Origin: a virus
Lineage: Duplodnaviria; Caudoviricetes
Virus record (IMG/VR): IMGVR_UViG_3300017565_000036
Coordinates: 1-32,753 of that record
Strand: one strand, 5' to 3'
DNA: 32,753 nucleotides
The notes beneath the pieces were generated by a model. The model was not told the origin of the DNA. It made no database searches and was given only the letters and a program-made list of their open reading frames with translations. Below, piece after piece: positions 16,140 to 25,135 of this stretch (within the stretch, counting starts at the first letter, position 1; the number at the start of each line of letters is the position of its first letter). The position numbers were made by a program, and so were the translations under genes.

Positions 16140-17633
16140 ATGAGCGCATTCGACCGCATCCGCGAGGCAGACGCCCGGCGTCGCATCCAGAGCGACGTTC
16201 GCGCGCTCGTCTCGTACTCGATGGCCGTCGCCGAGGCACCTGCCGAGGAGGAGACGACCGCATTCGAGTACCCGGCGACCGCGCGCTGGGAAGGTGTCAT
16301 CGGCTACGAGGATCAGATGACCGGCGACGGTCGCATGATCGCCGGTAACGCCCTGACGTGGGACTTCTCCGTGGAGACGCCCAACCTTCGATTCGTGACC
16401 GAGGACGTGGGTGCCCACGACGGCGCAGTCACGGTCGGCAAGGTGCTCGGCATCGAGCGTCGCGACGGCGGAGCGATCTGGGCTCACGGCGACTTCGACA
16501 TGGCATCCGACGAGGGCCGCGAGGCGTACCGTCAGGTCAAGCAGGACCGCCAGAACGGCGTCTCGATGGACATGGACGACGTGTCGTTCGAGATTCGCGT
16601 GGCGGGCGAAATCTTCGATGAGATGCAGGACATGATGGCCGTCCTGTTCGAGGAGGAGGGCGACGCTCCCGAGGCGGAGGAGCCCGAGCGCGACGAGGAG
16701 GGCCGCGTCAAGGTCGCCGAGATTCACAGCGACGACGAGGTGATGGTCACCACGTCTGGCCGCATCCGCGCGCTGACCATCGTGGCCGTGCCCGCCTTCG
16801 CCGGTGCTCGCATCAACACGACCGAGGCCCCCGCCGCCGACGCCGGTGACGACGAGGACGACTCGGTGAAGTCGACCGACTCGATGGCCCTGGTCGCCGC
16901 CGCCGCACCAGTCCAGCCGCCCGCGGCCTGGTTCGAGAACCCGAACCTCTCCGGCCCGACTCCGCTGACGATCACCCCCGAGGGTCGCGTCTACGGTCAC
17001 GCCGCCCTGTGGGGCACCTGCCACCTCTCGCACACCGCGGGCGGCAAGTGCGTGTCCCCGCCGAACAGCCCCTCGAACTACGCCTGGTTCCACACCGGCG
17101 CGCTGGAGACGGCTGAGGGCGACATCCTCTCGGTCGGGCACTTCACGATGGGCACCGGCCACGCGGCGGACACGCTCACCGCGGCGGAGACGGCATCGCA
17201 CTACGACAACACGGGCCGCGTCGCCGCGGACGTGCGCATGTACGAGGACCAGTGGGGCATGGCCTTCGCCGGTGGCCTCCGCCCCGGCCTGACCCCCGAG
17301 CAGGTGCGCGAGTTCCGTGCGGCCCCCATCTCCGGCGACTGGCGACGTGTCGGCGGTGCTCTGGAGTTCGTGGCGGGCCTCTCGGTCAACGTCCCCGGCT
17401 TCGGCGTCCCGCGCCCGCACGGTCGCATCTCGAAGAACGAACTCACCTCGCTCGTGTCGAGCGGCATGGTGGTCAACCTGCCCGAGCCCACGGTTGAGGG
17501 CCTGAGCACAAGGGACGTGGCGTACCTGCGCGCGTTCATCGACAAGGAGCGACGGTCGGACCTCGACCGGCTCGCCGCTCGACGTAACCGAGTCAAGGTG
17601 TCGCAGTTCGCGCGACGCCGGAAGGGCAAGTGA
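16140..17633 (+). CDS. Capsid maturation protease
   Basis: TGDGR, HDGAVTVG, GVSMD, TIVAVPAF; located between MuF and capsid genes. Confidence 0.8.
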   Translation: MSAFDRIREADARRRIQSDVRALVSYSMAVAEAPAEEETTAFEYPATARWEGVIGYEDQMTGDGRMIAGNALTWDFSVETPNLRFVTEDVGAHDGAVTVGKVLGIERRDGGAIWAHGDFDMASDEGREAYRQVKQDRQNGVSMDMDDVSFEIRVAGEIFDEMQDMMAVLFEEEGDAPEAEEPERDEEGRVKVAEIHSDDEVMVTTSGRIRALTIVAVPAFAGARINTTEAPAADAGDDEDDSVKSTDSMALVAAAAPVQPPAAWFENPNLSGPTPLTITPEGRVYGHAALWGTCHLSHTAGGKCVSPPNSPSNYAWFHTGALETAEGDILSVGHFTMGTGHAADTLTAAETASHYDNTGRVAADVRMYEDQWGMAFAGGLRPGLTPEQVREFRAAPISGDWRRVGGALEFVAGLSVNVPGFGVPRPHGRISKNELTSLVSSGMVVNLPEPTVEGLSTRDVAYLRAFIDKERRSDLDRLAARRNRVKVSQFARRRKGK

Positions 17634-17635
17634 TC

Positions 17636-17887
17636 ATGGGCTGTGCATGCAACAAGCAGAAGTCGAACGGCCTCGCCGCCAAGCGCGCTGAGGCACCGGC
17701 ACCCACCCCCACCGCGAAGGCCGCGCCGACGACCCGGACCTCCGGTGTCGCGGTGACGAGTGCTCGCGCACCGATGAGCGGGCGCACCCAGTCGTTCGCT
17801 CTGGAGCAGGGCGGACGCACCTCGACGTTCGGCTCTCGACTGGAGCGCGACGCCGCCGCGATCCGATCCGGCGCACGCCCCGCATAG
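17636..17887 (+). CDS. Small basic protein (MGCACNK...)
   Basis: GCxC N-terminus; alternative GTG start at 17630. Confidence 0.7.
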   Translation: MGCACNKQKSNGLAAKRAEAPAPTPTAKAAPTTRTSGVAVTSARAPMSGRTQSFALEQGGRTSTFGSRLERDAAAIRSGARPA

Positions 17888-17940
17888 ACCGCCCCCCCCA
17901 GCGGCGCGCGGGACCGTCCCCAACGGTCCTGCATCCCCAG

Positions 17941-17976
17941 CCCCGGCCCGTCACACCTCACAGTGGCGGGCCGGGG
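17941..17976 (+). terminator. Stem-loop upstream of capsid gene
   Basis: 14-bp stem with one G-U, followed by TCATTTCGTT; second hairpin at 17911-17929; candidate -10 TACAGT at 17988-17993. Confidence 0.65.
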
Positions 17977-18061
17977 TCATTTCGTTGTACAGTGCGAGGA
18001 GACGTGATGGCGGTTCGGGCCTGCGGACGATGATCCGTTCACCCCGACCAGGAGGCCACTC

Positions 18062-19903
18062 GTGTCCACCATCTCGCGCCGGTTCCGCCCGTCGCTCATC
18101 AGCCTCGCGACCGCCTACGCCGACCAGGGCGAGGAGTCGCTGGAACTTCCCGAGGATCTGTCGACGCTCAGCGACGACGACCTTTCCGCTCTCCAGACCC
18201 GTGCAGGCGAGGCGTTCGACGCCCTCTACACCGAGGACGGTGCGCTCTCCGATGAGGAGTTCGCGACCGCCGCCGCGCTCACCGACGCCATCGAAGCCCT
18301 CGCGGGCGAGCAGACCCGTCGCGAGGAGGCCGGTGCCCAGCGCCGCGCCGACGCCGAGGCCCTGCGCAACCGCGTCTCCGCGGCATCCGGCGACACCTCG
18401 ACCGACGGCGACGACAACGCCGACGACGCGGAGGACGACGCTGACGCCACCGACGACGAGGACGCCGACGCTGAGGACGCCGACGACAACGCCGACTCGG
18501 AGGACGACAACGCCGGTGAGACGATCACCGCATCCGGTCGCCGCCCGCTCTCGATCAACCTCTCCTCGGCGAACCGCCGCTCGCGCCGGTCCCAGCCGAA
18601 GCGCAAGCAGGAGGTCGCCGCGCGCTCGATGCGCGACTACGCCTTCTCCGCCACGGAGGAACTGGGTCGCCCGATGAACGAGGGCATCACCCACGCCGAG
18701 GCCGGTCAGATGCTCGGCAAGCGCCTCTCGACCTTCCCGCAGTCCTCGTACGCCGCCGCGGCGAAGCGTGGTCAGCACATGCGCGAACAGCACCCCCTCA
18801 TGGTGTTCAAGCGCGACATGCCCGCCGACCTGATCGTCGCATCGGCGAACAGCGTCGAGGAGGCCAGCCAGGTCATCCAGCGTGCCGTCGACCAGTCCCG
18901 CCTCCCCGGCGGTGCGCTGACCGCGGCTGGCTGGTGCGCCCCGTCCGAGCCGATGTACGACATCTGCACCACGGCGTCGCGTGACGGCCTCGTGTCGGTC
19001 CCCGAGGTCGGCGTCTCGCGCGGTGGCCTGCTGATCCCCCGCACCCCGTCCTTCGCGGAGTTCTACGACCAGATCGGCTTCCACTTCACCGAGGCCGACG
19101 CCATCGCGGGACGCTACGCACCCGGCGAGAACCCCGGCGACCCGAACGTCGTCGGCGACAAGCCGTGCTTCGAGATGCCGTGCCCCACGTGGGACGACGT
19201 GCGCCTGGAGGGCGACGGCCTCTGCCTGACGGCGGACCTCATCACCCAGCGGGGCTACCCGGAGGGCCTGGCATGGGCCACCGAGAACGCCCTGATCGCG
19301 CACGATCACAAGATCAGCGCGCGCCGCATTCAGAAGATGGTCGCGGGCTCCACCGTCCGCACGATGACCACGGGCACGGTCGGCACCACCGCACCGCTCC
19401 TCGCGGCCATCGAGGTCCGCGCTGAGGCGATCCGCTACAACGGTCGCCTGTCGCGCAACACGCTCCTCGAAGGCATCTTCCCGTTCTGGGTCCGCGGCGC
19501 GATCCGCCAGGACCTCAGCGTCCGTCTGGGCGTCGACCTCCTCGAAGTCGACAACGCCCGCATCGACCGCTGGTTCGCACAGCGCGGCATCGTCCCGCAG
19601 TACGTGTACGACTGGCAGATGCTCCCGATGAACTCGATCACCTGGCCTGCCACGGTGTCCTTCCTCATGTACGAGGCGGGCGCGTGGATCGGCATGGTGG
19701 ACGACATCATCACGCTCAACACGGTCTACGACTCCACGATGCTCGGCCAGAACAAGTACACGGCCCTGTTCACCGAGGAGGCGTGGAACATCGCCGCACG
19801 TTGCGGCGAGTCCGAGGTCATCACCGTCCCGATCAACTCGAACGGCGGCACTGCCGCTGGCGAACTGCTCGAAGGCGACCTCCAGCCCGCCGCCGCCGCC
19901 TGA
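18062..19903 (+). CDS. Major capsid hexamer protein with N-terminal scaffold-like region
   Basis: RBS AGGAGG; helical and Asp-rich N-terminus, then ALTAAGWCAPSEPMYD, VSRGG, KPCFEMPCP, RGYPE, YTALFTEE as in Rosebush-type capsids. Confidence 0.88.
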   Translation: MSTISRRFRPSLISLATAYADQGEESLELPEDLSTLSDDDLSALQTRAGEAFDALYTEDGALSDEEFATAAALTDAIEALAGEQTRREEAGAQRRADAEALRNRVSAASGDTSTDGDDNADDAEDDADATDDEDADAEDADDNADSEDDNAGETITASGRRPLSINLSSANRRSRRSQPKRKQEVAARSMRDYAFSATEELGRPMNEGITHAEAGQMLGKRLSTFPQSSYAAAAKRGQHMREQHPLMVFKRDMPADLIVASANSVEEASQVIQRAVDQSRLPGGALTAAGWCAPSEPMYDICTTASRDGLVSVPEVGVSRGGLLIPRTPSFAEFYDQIGFHFTEADAIAGRYAPGENPGDPNVVGDKPCFEMPCPTWDDVRLEGDGLCLTADLITQRGYPEGLAWATENALIAHDHKISARRIQKMVAGSTVRTMTTGTVGTTAPLLAAIEVRAEAIRYNGRLSRNTLLEGIFPFWVRGAIRQDLSVRLGVDLLEVDNARIDRWFAQRGIVPQYVYDWQMLPMNSITWPATVSFLMYEAGAWIGMVDDIITLNTVYDSTMLGQNKYTALFTEEAWNIAARCGESEVITVPINSNGGTAAGELLEGDLQPAAAA

Positions 19904-19939
19904 GAATCGCTGACCGACGACGAGAGGAGGTAGAGGCTG

Positions 19940-21103
19940 ATGGTACTCATCGCACCTACCGCACCCGTCGCCGCCCCGGCCCGTACGGCACTCCCGTACG
20001 GGCTGGGGAGCGTCCTCGGCTGGCGCAACGGCGACCGTTTCATGACCGGCGTGAACTGGGTGTCCATCACCTGCGATCCCGCCGGTGGTCGTGGTGGCCC
20101 CCACTGCGACCCCGAAGATGTCGTGGGGCTCCCGAAGGACTTCTCCGGCGAGCGCACGTCCGGTGAGGCTCTGCCCTTCATCGTCTACGGACACGACCAG
20201 TGCAACGCCGTGGCGAACAGCCCGGCGGAGGCTCAGGAGTTCGCGACTCAGCACCTTCTCGCTCGCGAGGAGGCCCGTGCTGAGCAGGCCCTCTGGTTCG
20301 GCGACCTCGGCAACGTGCCGAACTTCGTCGGCGCGAACGGCTACGACGCTCCGGTCGACCTCGGGGACTTCCCCGCAGTCGAGGCGCTGGCCGCGGTCGA
20401 GCAGGGGATCGCCGAGCAGTACGGCTCGCTCGGCGTGATCCACATGAGTCGCAACACTGCGACGATCCTGTCGAAGTACCTGGAGAAGCGAGGCGGTCGG
20501 CTCTACACCCGCGGCCTCGACACCCCGGTCATCGCGGGCACCGGCTACCCCGACGGCCAAATCGCGGGCACCGGGGCGCTCATCGGCTACCGCGGCGACG
20601 TGATCACCTCCAGCGACCGCCCCGGCGATCTGCTGGATCGTGGGCAGAACATCATGTACGCCGTCGCCGAGCGGGAGTACGTCATCGGCTTCGACCCGTG
20701 CGCGGTCGTCGTGGCCTCGATCACCCCCGGAGGAGACAACGTGCCTGGACCCGCTGGCGCAAGCGCCTACGAGATTGCCGTGGAGAACGGCTTCGTCGGA
20801 ACCGAGCAGGAGTGGCTGGACTCACTGGTCGGCCCTGCCGGAGACGACGGGACCGCGGCCACCATCGCCGTCGGCACCGTCACGACCGGGGCTCCGGGCT
20901 CCGCGGTCACGGTCGCGAACTCCGGTACGCCGACCGCCGCTGTGCTCGACTTCTCGATTCCCGAGGGCGACGCCGGGGCAGATGGCACCGACGGCACCGA
21001 CGGTGATGACGGCGCACCTGGCGTCGTGCAGTCCATCGTCCAGGGCACCGGCGTCACCGTCGACAACACTGACCCCGCCAACCCGATTGTGAGCGCACCA
21101 TGA
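19940..21103 (+). CDS. Major capsid pentamer protein with C-terminal collagen-like extension
   Basis: PYGL, PFIVYGHDQC, EEARAEQALW, GVIH, TPVIAGTGY, YAVAEREYVIGFDPC; then SAYEIAVENGFVGTEQEWLDSL and G-X-Y repeats. Confidence 0.75.
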   Translation: MVLIAPTAPVAAPARTALPYGLGSVLGWRNGDRFMTGVNWVSITCDPAGGRGGPHCDPEDVVGLPKDFSGERTSGEALPFIVYGHDQCNAVANSPAEAQEFATQHLLAREEARAEQALWFGDLGNVPNFVGANGYDAPVDLGDFPAVEALAAVEQGIAEQYGSLGVIHMSRNTATILSKYLEKRGGRLYTRGLDTPVIAGTGYPDGQIAGTGALIGYRGDVITSSDRPGDLLDRGQNIMYAVAEREYVIGFDPCAVVVASITPGGDNVPGPAGASAYEIAVENGFVGTEQEWLDSLVGPAGDDGTAATIAVGTVTTGAPGSAVTVANSGTPTAAVLDFSIPEGDAGADGTDGTDGDDGAPGVVQSIVQGTGVTVDNTDPANPIVSAP

Positions 21104-21792
21104 CCGACACCGGCTTCGAGTACCCGGATGGCTCCCAGCCGCCCCTCGATGAGAACGGCAACCCGATCCTGGAGGACCGGAGTGCCGAGTTCCCCGACGA
21201 GGCGGCTGAGGCCACCGAGGTCGTCGGCGAACCCCTCATCGAGACTCGCGACGGTCGCCTGCACAACCTCGGCCCCGGCTCCGGCATGTCCGGTTACCGC
21301 GGGCTCGCGGCGAAGCGGGCGGAGAAGGCGTCGCCGGTCGCACCGGTAGCGCCCGACACCGACGAGGAGCGCCAGGCGGCTCTCGCGCTCGCCGCGGAGA
21401 AGGGCTACACCGAGGCGGACCTCGTGGACTCCGATGGCAACCCGCTCGACGTGGCGGGCATCCACCGATCCCTCCAGGTCGAGGGTGAGGGCGAGCAGGG
21501 CCAGGAGAGCGGCCAGGACGCTCCAGAAGGCATCGGCACGGACGACGACACCACGGAGGACGAGAACGGCCCGGAGACGGGCACGGAGGGCTCCAGCGAT
21601 GGCGACGAGCCGGAGGGTGACGAGTCCGACGGCGATGAGTCCGAGGACGAGCCCGCCGACGAGGGCTACGACCCCACCGCACACACGGTCACCGAGGTTT
21701 CGGCCTACCTCGATGAGCACCCTGACCAGGCCACCTTCGTCCTCGACCGCGAGCGTGCTGGCAAGGCGCGCGTCACACTGATCGGAGCCTGA
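21100..21792 (+). CDS. Highly acidic protein with small C-terminal helical domain
   Basis: ATGA overlap; D/E/G-rich linker; YDPTAHTVTEVSAYL...VLDRERAGKAR. Confidence 0.75.
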   Translation: MTDTGFEYPDGSQPPLDENGNPILEDRSAEFPDEAAEATEVVGEPLIETRDGRLHNLGPGSGMSGYRGLAAKRAEKASPVAPVAPDTDEERQAALALAAEKGYTEADLVDSDGNPLDVAGIHRSLQVEGEGEQGQESGQDAPEGIGTDDDTTEDENGPETGTEGSSDGDEPEGDESDGDESEDEPADEGYDPTAHTVTEVSAYLDEHPDQATFVLDRERAGKARVTLIGA

Positions 21793-21793
21793 C

Positions 21794-22474
21794 ATGGCAA
21801 CCAAGTGCATCATCCCGCTCCTCGGCAAGCGCCTCCGCGCCACCGAACTCGACAACTGTGGCGCTGTGTTCACCGGTGCCATGCAGATCGCCACCGACGG
21901 CTTCGTGTCGATCACGCTGTCCTCCGAAATCGAGGAGGGCACCGAAATCATCGTCCGCAAGGCGAACGGTGCTCTCTGCGTGAACGAGAAGATGGCCGAC
22001 TCGTTCAAGCGGTTCACCATCGAGATTGACTTCTGTGGAGTCAACCCCTCGATGCTGGCGCTGGTGACCAACGCCGAGGAGTACACCGACGGCGAGGACG
22101 TGATCGGCTTCACGGTCCCCGAGGGCGAAATCAAGAAGTGGTTCGCGCTCGAACTGTGGACCGGCCTCAGCGGCGTCGTCTGCGCTCCCGGTACGGAGGA
22201 GGCGAGCGGGTACATCCTGCTCCCGTTCATCACGGCGGGCGTGCTCGGTGACATCGAAATCACCGGCGAGGACGCGATCACCTTCCAGATGACCGGCGCG
22301 TCGACCAAGGGTGGCAACCAGTGGGGCGTCGGCCCGTACGACGTGTACGGTACGCCCGCGGGTCCGCTCCCCGAGGCGCTCGACCCGTTCGACCACCTGC
22401 TCATGATCGAGACGACCATCGCCCCTCCGCCCGAGGCGTGCGACCCGGCTCCGGTCCCGGCACCGGCACCGTAA
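21794..22474 (+). CDS. Major tail protein
   Basis: GKRLRATELDNCG, KANGALC, IDFCGVNP, FALELW, WGVGPYDV; synteny. Confidence 0.85.
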   Translation: MATKCIIPLLGKRLRATELDNCGAVFTGAMQIATDGFVSITLSSEIEEGTEIIVRKANGALCVNEKMADSFKRFTIEIDFCGVNPSMLALVTNAEEYTDGEDVIGFTVPEGEIKKWFALELWTGLSGVVCAPGTEEASGYILLPFITAGVLGDIEITGEDAITFQMTGASTKGGNQWGVGPYDVYGTPAGPLPEALDPFDHLLMIETTIAPPPEACDPAPVPAPAP

Positions 22475-22483
22475 GGACGACCA

Positions 22484-23401
22484 ATGGTTGAGCCCACGCT
22501 CACCGACGACGCCGCCGCCATCTCGGCGGCGGCGTTCGTCGTTCCGACCGAGCCACCCGTCACTCAGGCGTGCGGATGGCCGGTCGTGTACCTCGACTGT
22601 GCCGACGACGACTGCGCCGCCTACAGTCAGTTCCCCGAGGACCAGCAGGCCGCGGCTCAGGCATGGTTCGAGGCTCAGGCCATCGACATCCTGTGGAACG
22701 CGACCAACGGCGTGTTCGGCGTCTGCGATGTCGAGATTCGCCCGTGCCGCCAGGGGTGCCAGGGCAACGCCGACTGGTCCTCGACGTTCTGGGGCCGCGG
22801 TCCCGGCTTCGACCGGGGCTTCCCTCGACTCGGGATGGGCGGTGCGGGCACAGGCTCGTTCTACCCGGTCCTCGTCTCCGGCCAGTGGTACAACGTCACG
22901 TGCGGGTGCCTCGGCTCCTGCTCCTGCTCGCCCAGCGGCCCGAACGTCATCTCGCTCCCCGGCCCGGTGGTCGCGGTCACGGAGGTCACCATCGACGGGC
23001 TCACCGTCGACCCGGCGACGTACCGCATCGACCGCGGGCGCTGGCTGATCCGCGACGGCGACGAGCCCTGGCCCGGATGCCAGGACATGAACGTCCCGGC
23101 GGACGCGGTGGGTTCCTTCGTCGTGCGCTACACGCGCGGCATCCAGGTTCCCGCCGGTGGTCAGATCGCGGCGGGGCGGCTCGCATGCGAACTCGCGATG
23201 GCCGCGTGCGGAGACGACGACTGCGCGCTCCCCGACAACTGGCAGACGATCACCCGGCAGGGCCTCACGGTGAACGCCGACCCGAACATGGACGGCACTC
23301 AGGTCACCGGCATCTGGTCGATTGACGAGTGGATCAAGCAGGTGAACCGCCCGAAGTCGTTCGCGTCGGTGCGCTCTGTCGACCTCCCGAACCTCAGATA
23401 G
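22484..23401 (+). CDS. Head-to-tail adaptor
   Basis: LWNATNGVFGVC..EIRPC, LPGPV..V.EVTIDG, WPGCQD, LACEL, ITRQG, TGIWSIDEWI. Confidence 0.8.
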   Translation: MVEPTLTDDAAAISAAAFVVPTEPPVTQACGWPVVYLDCADDDCAAYSQFPEDQQAAAQAWFEAQAIDILWNATNGVFGVCDVEIRPCRQGCQGNADWSSTFWGRGPGFDRGFPRLGMGGAGTGSFYPVLVSGQWYNVTCGCLGSCSCSPSGPNVISLPGPVVAVTEVTIDGLTVDPATYRIDRGRWLIRDGDEPWPGCQDMNVPADAVGSFVVRYTRGIQVPAGGQIAAGRLACELAMAACGDDDCALPDNWQTITRQGLTVNADPNMDGTQVTGIWSIDEWIKQVNRPKSFASVRSVDLPNLR

Positions 23402-23410
23402 GGTCAGGTC

Positions 23411-23875
23411 ATGGCCGCTCCCGACTTCAAGGTGTACCTCGACCACTACCGCGACCTCATCGCCGCGGCCCTCAACCCCGTGCCCGGAAAGGTGTTCGTC
23501 CAGCCGGGCTCGGAGGTCGCGTGGGACCAGGAGAAGTGCGACGGCCAGGCGTGGTCGCGCATCGTCACGCTCACGCCCGTGATCGGCACGCGCAAGGCCA
23601 ACGGGGTCGCATGTGTCGAGTGGTGGGACGTGACGTTCGCCGTCGGCGTGCTCCGGTGCGTGACGAACCTCACCGCTCGCGGCAAGGTGCCCACCGCCGC
23701 GCAGATCACCGCCGACGGGCACGAGTTCGCCGACGACCTCGTGGCGCTCCTCACCGCCATCGAGTGCGACGAGTACGTGCGGCAGATCGTCACTGCGACC
23801 CCCATCGGGCCGTCGGGCAACGCCGCGGGCTCCGAGGTGCAGTTCATCGTCCGCGTTCAGCCCTGCTGTGGGTGA
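23411..23875 (+). CDS. Probable tail terminator
   Basis: PGSEVAWD..CDGQAWSR, VGVLRC; synteny. Confidence 0.65.
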   Translation: MAAPDFKVYLDHYRDLIAAALNPVPGKVFVQPGSEVAWDQEKCDGQAWSRIVTLTPVIGTRKANGVACVEWWDVTFAVGVLRCVTNLTARGKVPTAAQITADGHEFADDLVALLTAIECDEYVRQIVTATPIGPSGNAAGSEVQFIVRVQPCCG

Positions 23876-24288
23876 CCGTGGCCGGGGCGAAGGTCAAGGT
23901 CAACATCCACCGCGGCCAGGTCGTCTCGGTCGTCGGTCCCATCGCTGAGCGCGCGGCGTACAAGGCGGCGCAGAAGGGCCGCGGCTACATCATCTCCGAG
24001 ATTCGTGCCGCGGGCCGGGTCAAGACCGGACGGATGATCCAGGGCATGCAGGTGCGCACTATCTCCTCGACCGACCTCATCCGCCGGTACGAGGTGTCGT
24101 CGTCGGCCCCGTACACGCTGTTCCAGAACAACGGCACCCGAGCACACGGCCCCCGAACCAAGCAGGTGATGAGGTTCATCCCGAAGGGCGGTTCGACCTA
24201 CGTGTTCGCGAAGTGGGTCCGGGGCATCGAGGGCGCGCACTTCATGGAGAAGGGTGCCGCTCGGCTCCGGGCTTCGGACTTCGTGTAG
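23872..24288 (+). CDS. HK97 gp10-like neck/tail completion protein
   Basis: VKTGRMIQG, APYTLFQNNGT, FAKWVRG...FM; GTGA overlap. Confidence 0.65.
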   Translation: MTVAGAKVKVNIHRGQVVSVVGPIAERAAYKAAQKGRGYIISEIRAAGRVKTGRMIQGMQVRTISSTDLIRRYEVSSSAPYTLFQNNGTRAHGPRTKQVMRFIPKGGSTYVFAKWVRGIEGAHFMEKGAARLRASDFV

Positions 24289-24315
24289 ACCCGAACCGCC
24301 GTTCGACCGTATGCT
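24286..24315 (+). promoter_or_regulatory. Promoter TAGACC-N18-TATGCT with palindrome CGAAC-CGCC-GTTCG (24292-24305) in the spacer
   Basis: -10 ends 6 nt before ATG 24322. Confidence 0.55.
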
Positions 24316-24321
24316 GGAGTC

Positions 24322-24750
24322 ATGCCCGCACAGACCGTAGTGACCAAGAGGAAGCCCGCCGCGGCGAAGGCTCCCACCGACCGCCAGCCGAAGGCCACCG
24401 CCGCGAAGGCGTCGACCGCTCCCATCATCGACATCGAGGACGAGTCCGAGCCGATCCCGGTGCGGCTCATCGGCGTCGACTACGTGGCCCACCGCCCGAA
24501 GGCGATGCTGGCCGTGCGTCTCGGCGAGCGCATCCAGAACGTCGACATGAACGACATCGAGGAGGTCGTCAACCAGTTCGGCGCGTTCCTCAAACTCACG
24601 TTCGGGTCCGAGACGAGCCAGGCGATCATGGCCCGGCTGGAGGACGAGGACGACCGGCTCGACGTGCACCACCTGTTGAAGTTCGTGGAGCAGATCACGG
24701 AGGTCGTCGGTGGACGCCCTTCTACGTCGCCTCCCGCCTCGGACAACTAG
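24322..24750 (+). CDS. Tail assembly chaperone (G-like)
   Basis: Upstream of tape measure; ARLEDEDDRLD...GGRP. Confidence 0.8.
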   Translation: MPAQTVVTKRKPAAAKAPTDRQPKATAAKASTAPIIDIEDESEPIPVRLIGVDYVAHRPKAMLAVRLGERIQNVDMNDIEEVVNQFGAFLKLTFGSETSQAIMARLEDEDDRLDVHHLLKFVEQITEVVGGRPSTSPPASDN

Positions 24751-25040
24751 CCGTCAGCAGGTGGGAGGCTCTGAACGGCTACGCAGTAGCCAACGGCCTC
24801 CAGGACATTCGAGCGATGCCGTTCCCGGCGTTCCTCGACTTCGTGTACTACATGCTCACGCGCAACGCGGACGAGCAGGCTGTCGAGAAGTTCCGCCGGA
24901 ACCTCTGGATGCCACCCAAGGGTGTAGCGCCCGACAAGCGCTCGCCCTGGTCCCCTGAGCGCGAGACTGCGGCCTTCCGGCAGGTGAAGGCCCTGACCAC
25001 CGGTCAAGCCCCGGTGCTCGACGCGAGCGGGGGATCGTAG
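24717..25040 (+). CDS. Tail assembly chaperone frameshift extension (T-like, -1 frame)
   Basis: Overlapping -1 frame PFYVASRLGQLAVSRWEALNGY...LDFVYYML...LWMPP with no clear RBS. Confidence 0.7.
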   Translation, partial: PFYVASRLGQLAVSRWEALNGYAVANGLQDIRAMPFPAFLDFVYYMLTRNADEQAVEKFRRNLWMPPKGVAPDKRSPWSPERETAAFRQVKALTTGQAPVLDASGGS

Positions 25041-25135
25041 CGCTTCGCGGGCTAGTCCCGCTACCCTAGAGAACGAGACAGGGCGACGCTCATACCGCCC
25101 GTCGGCTACCGCATTGGCTGACGGGAGGAGGGCAC

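Noticed and set aside
18400-18520. GACGAC/GACGCC-rich repeat tract
   Set aside because: Explained by the Asp/Ala-rich linker of the capsid precursor
17951-20560. Long minus-strand ORFs (869 aa here; also 21773-23722, 20767-22563, 25357-27054, 12500-14038)
   Set aside because: Antisense shadows of GC3-biased + strand genes; no RBS or recognisable motifs, and fully overlapped by clear genes
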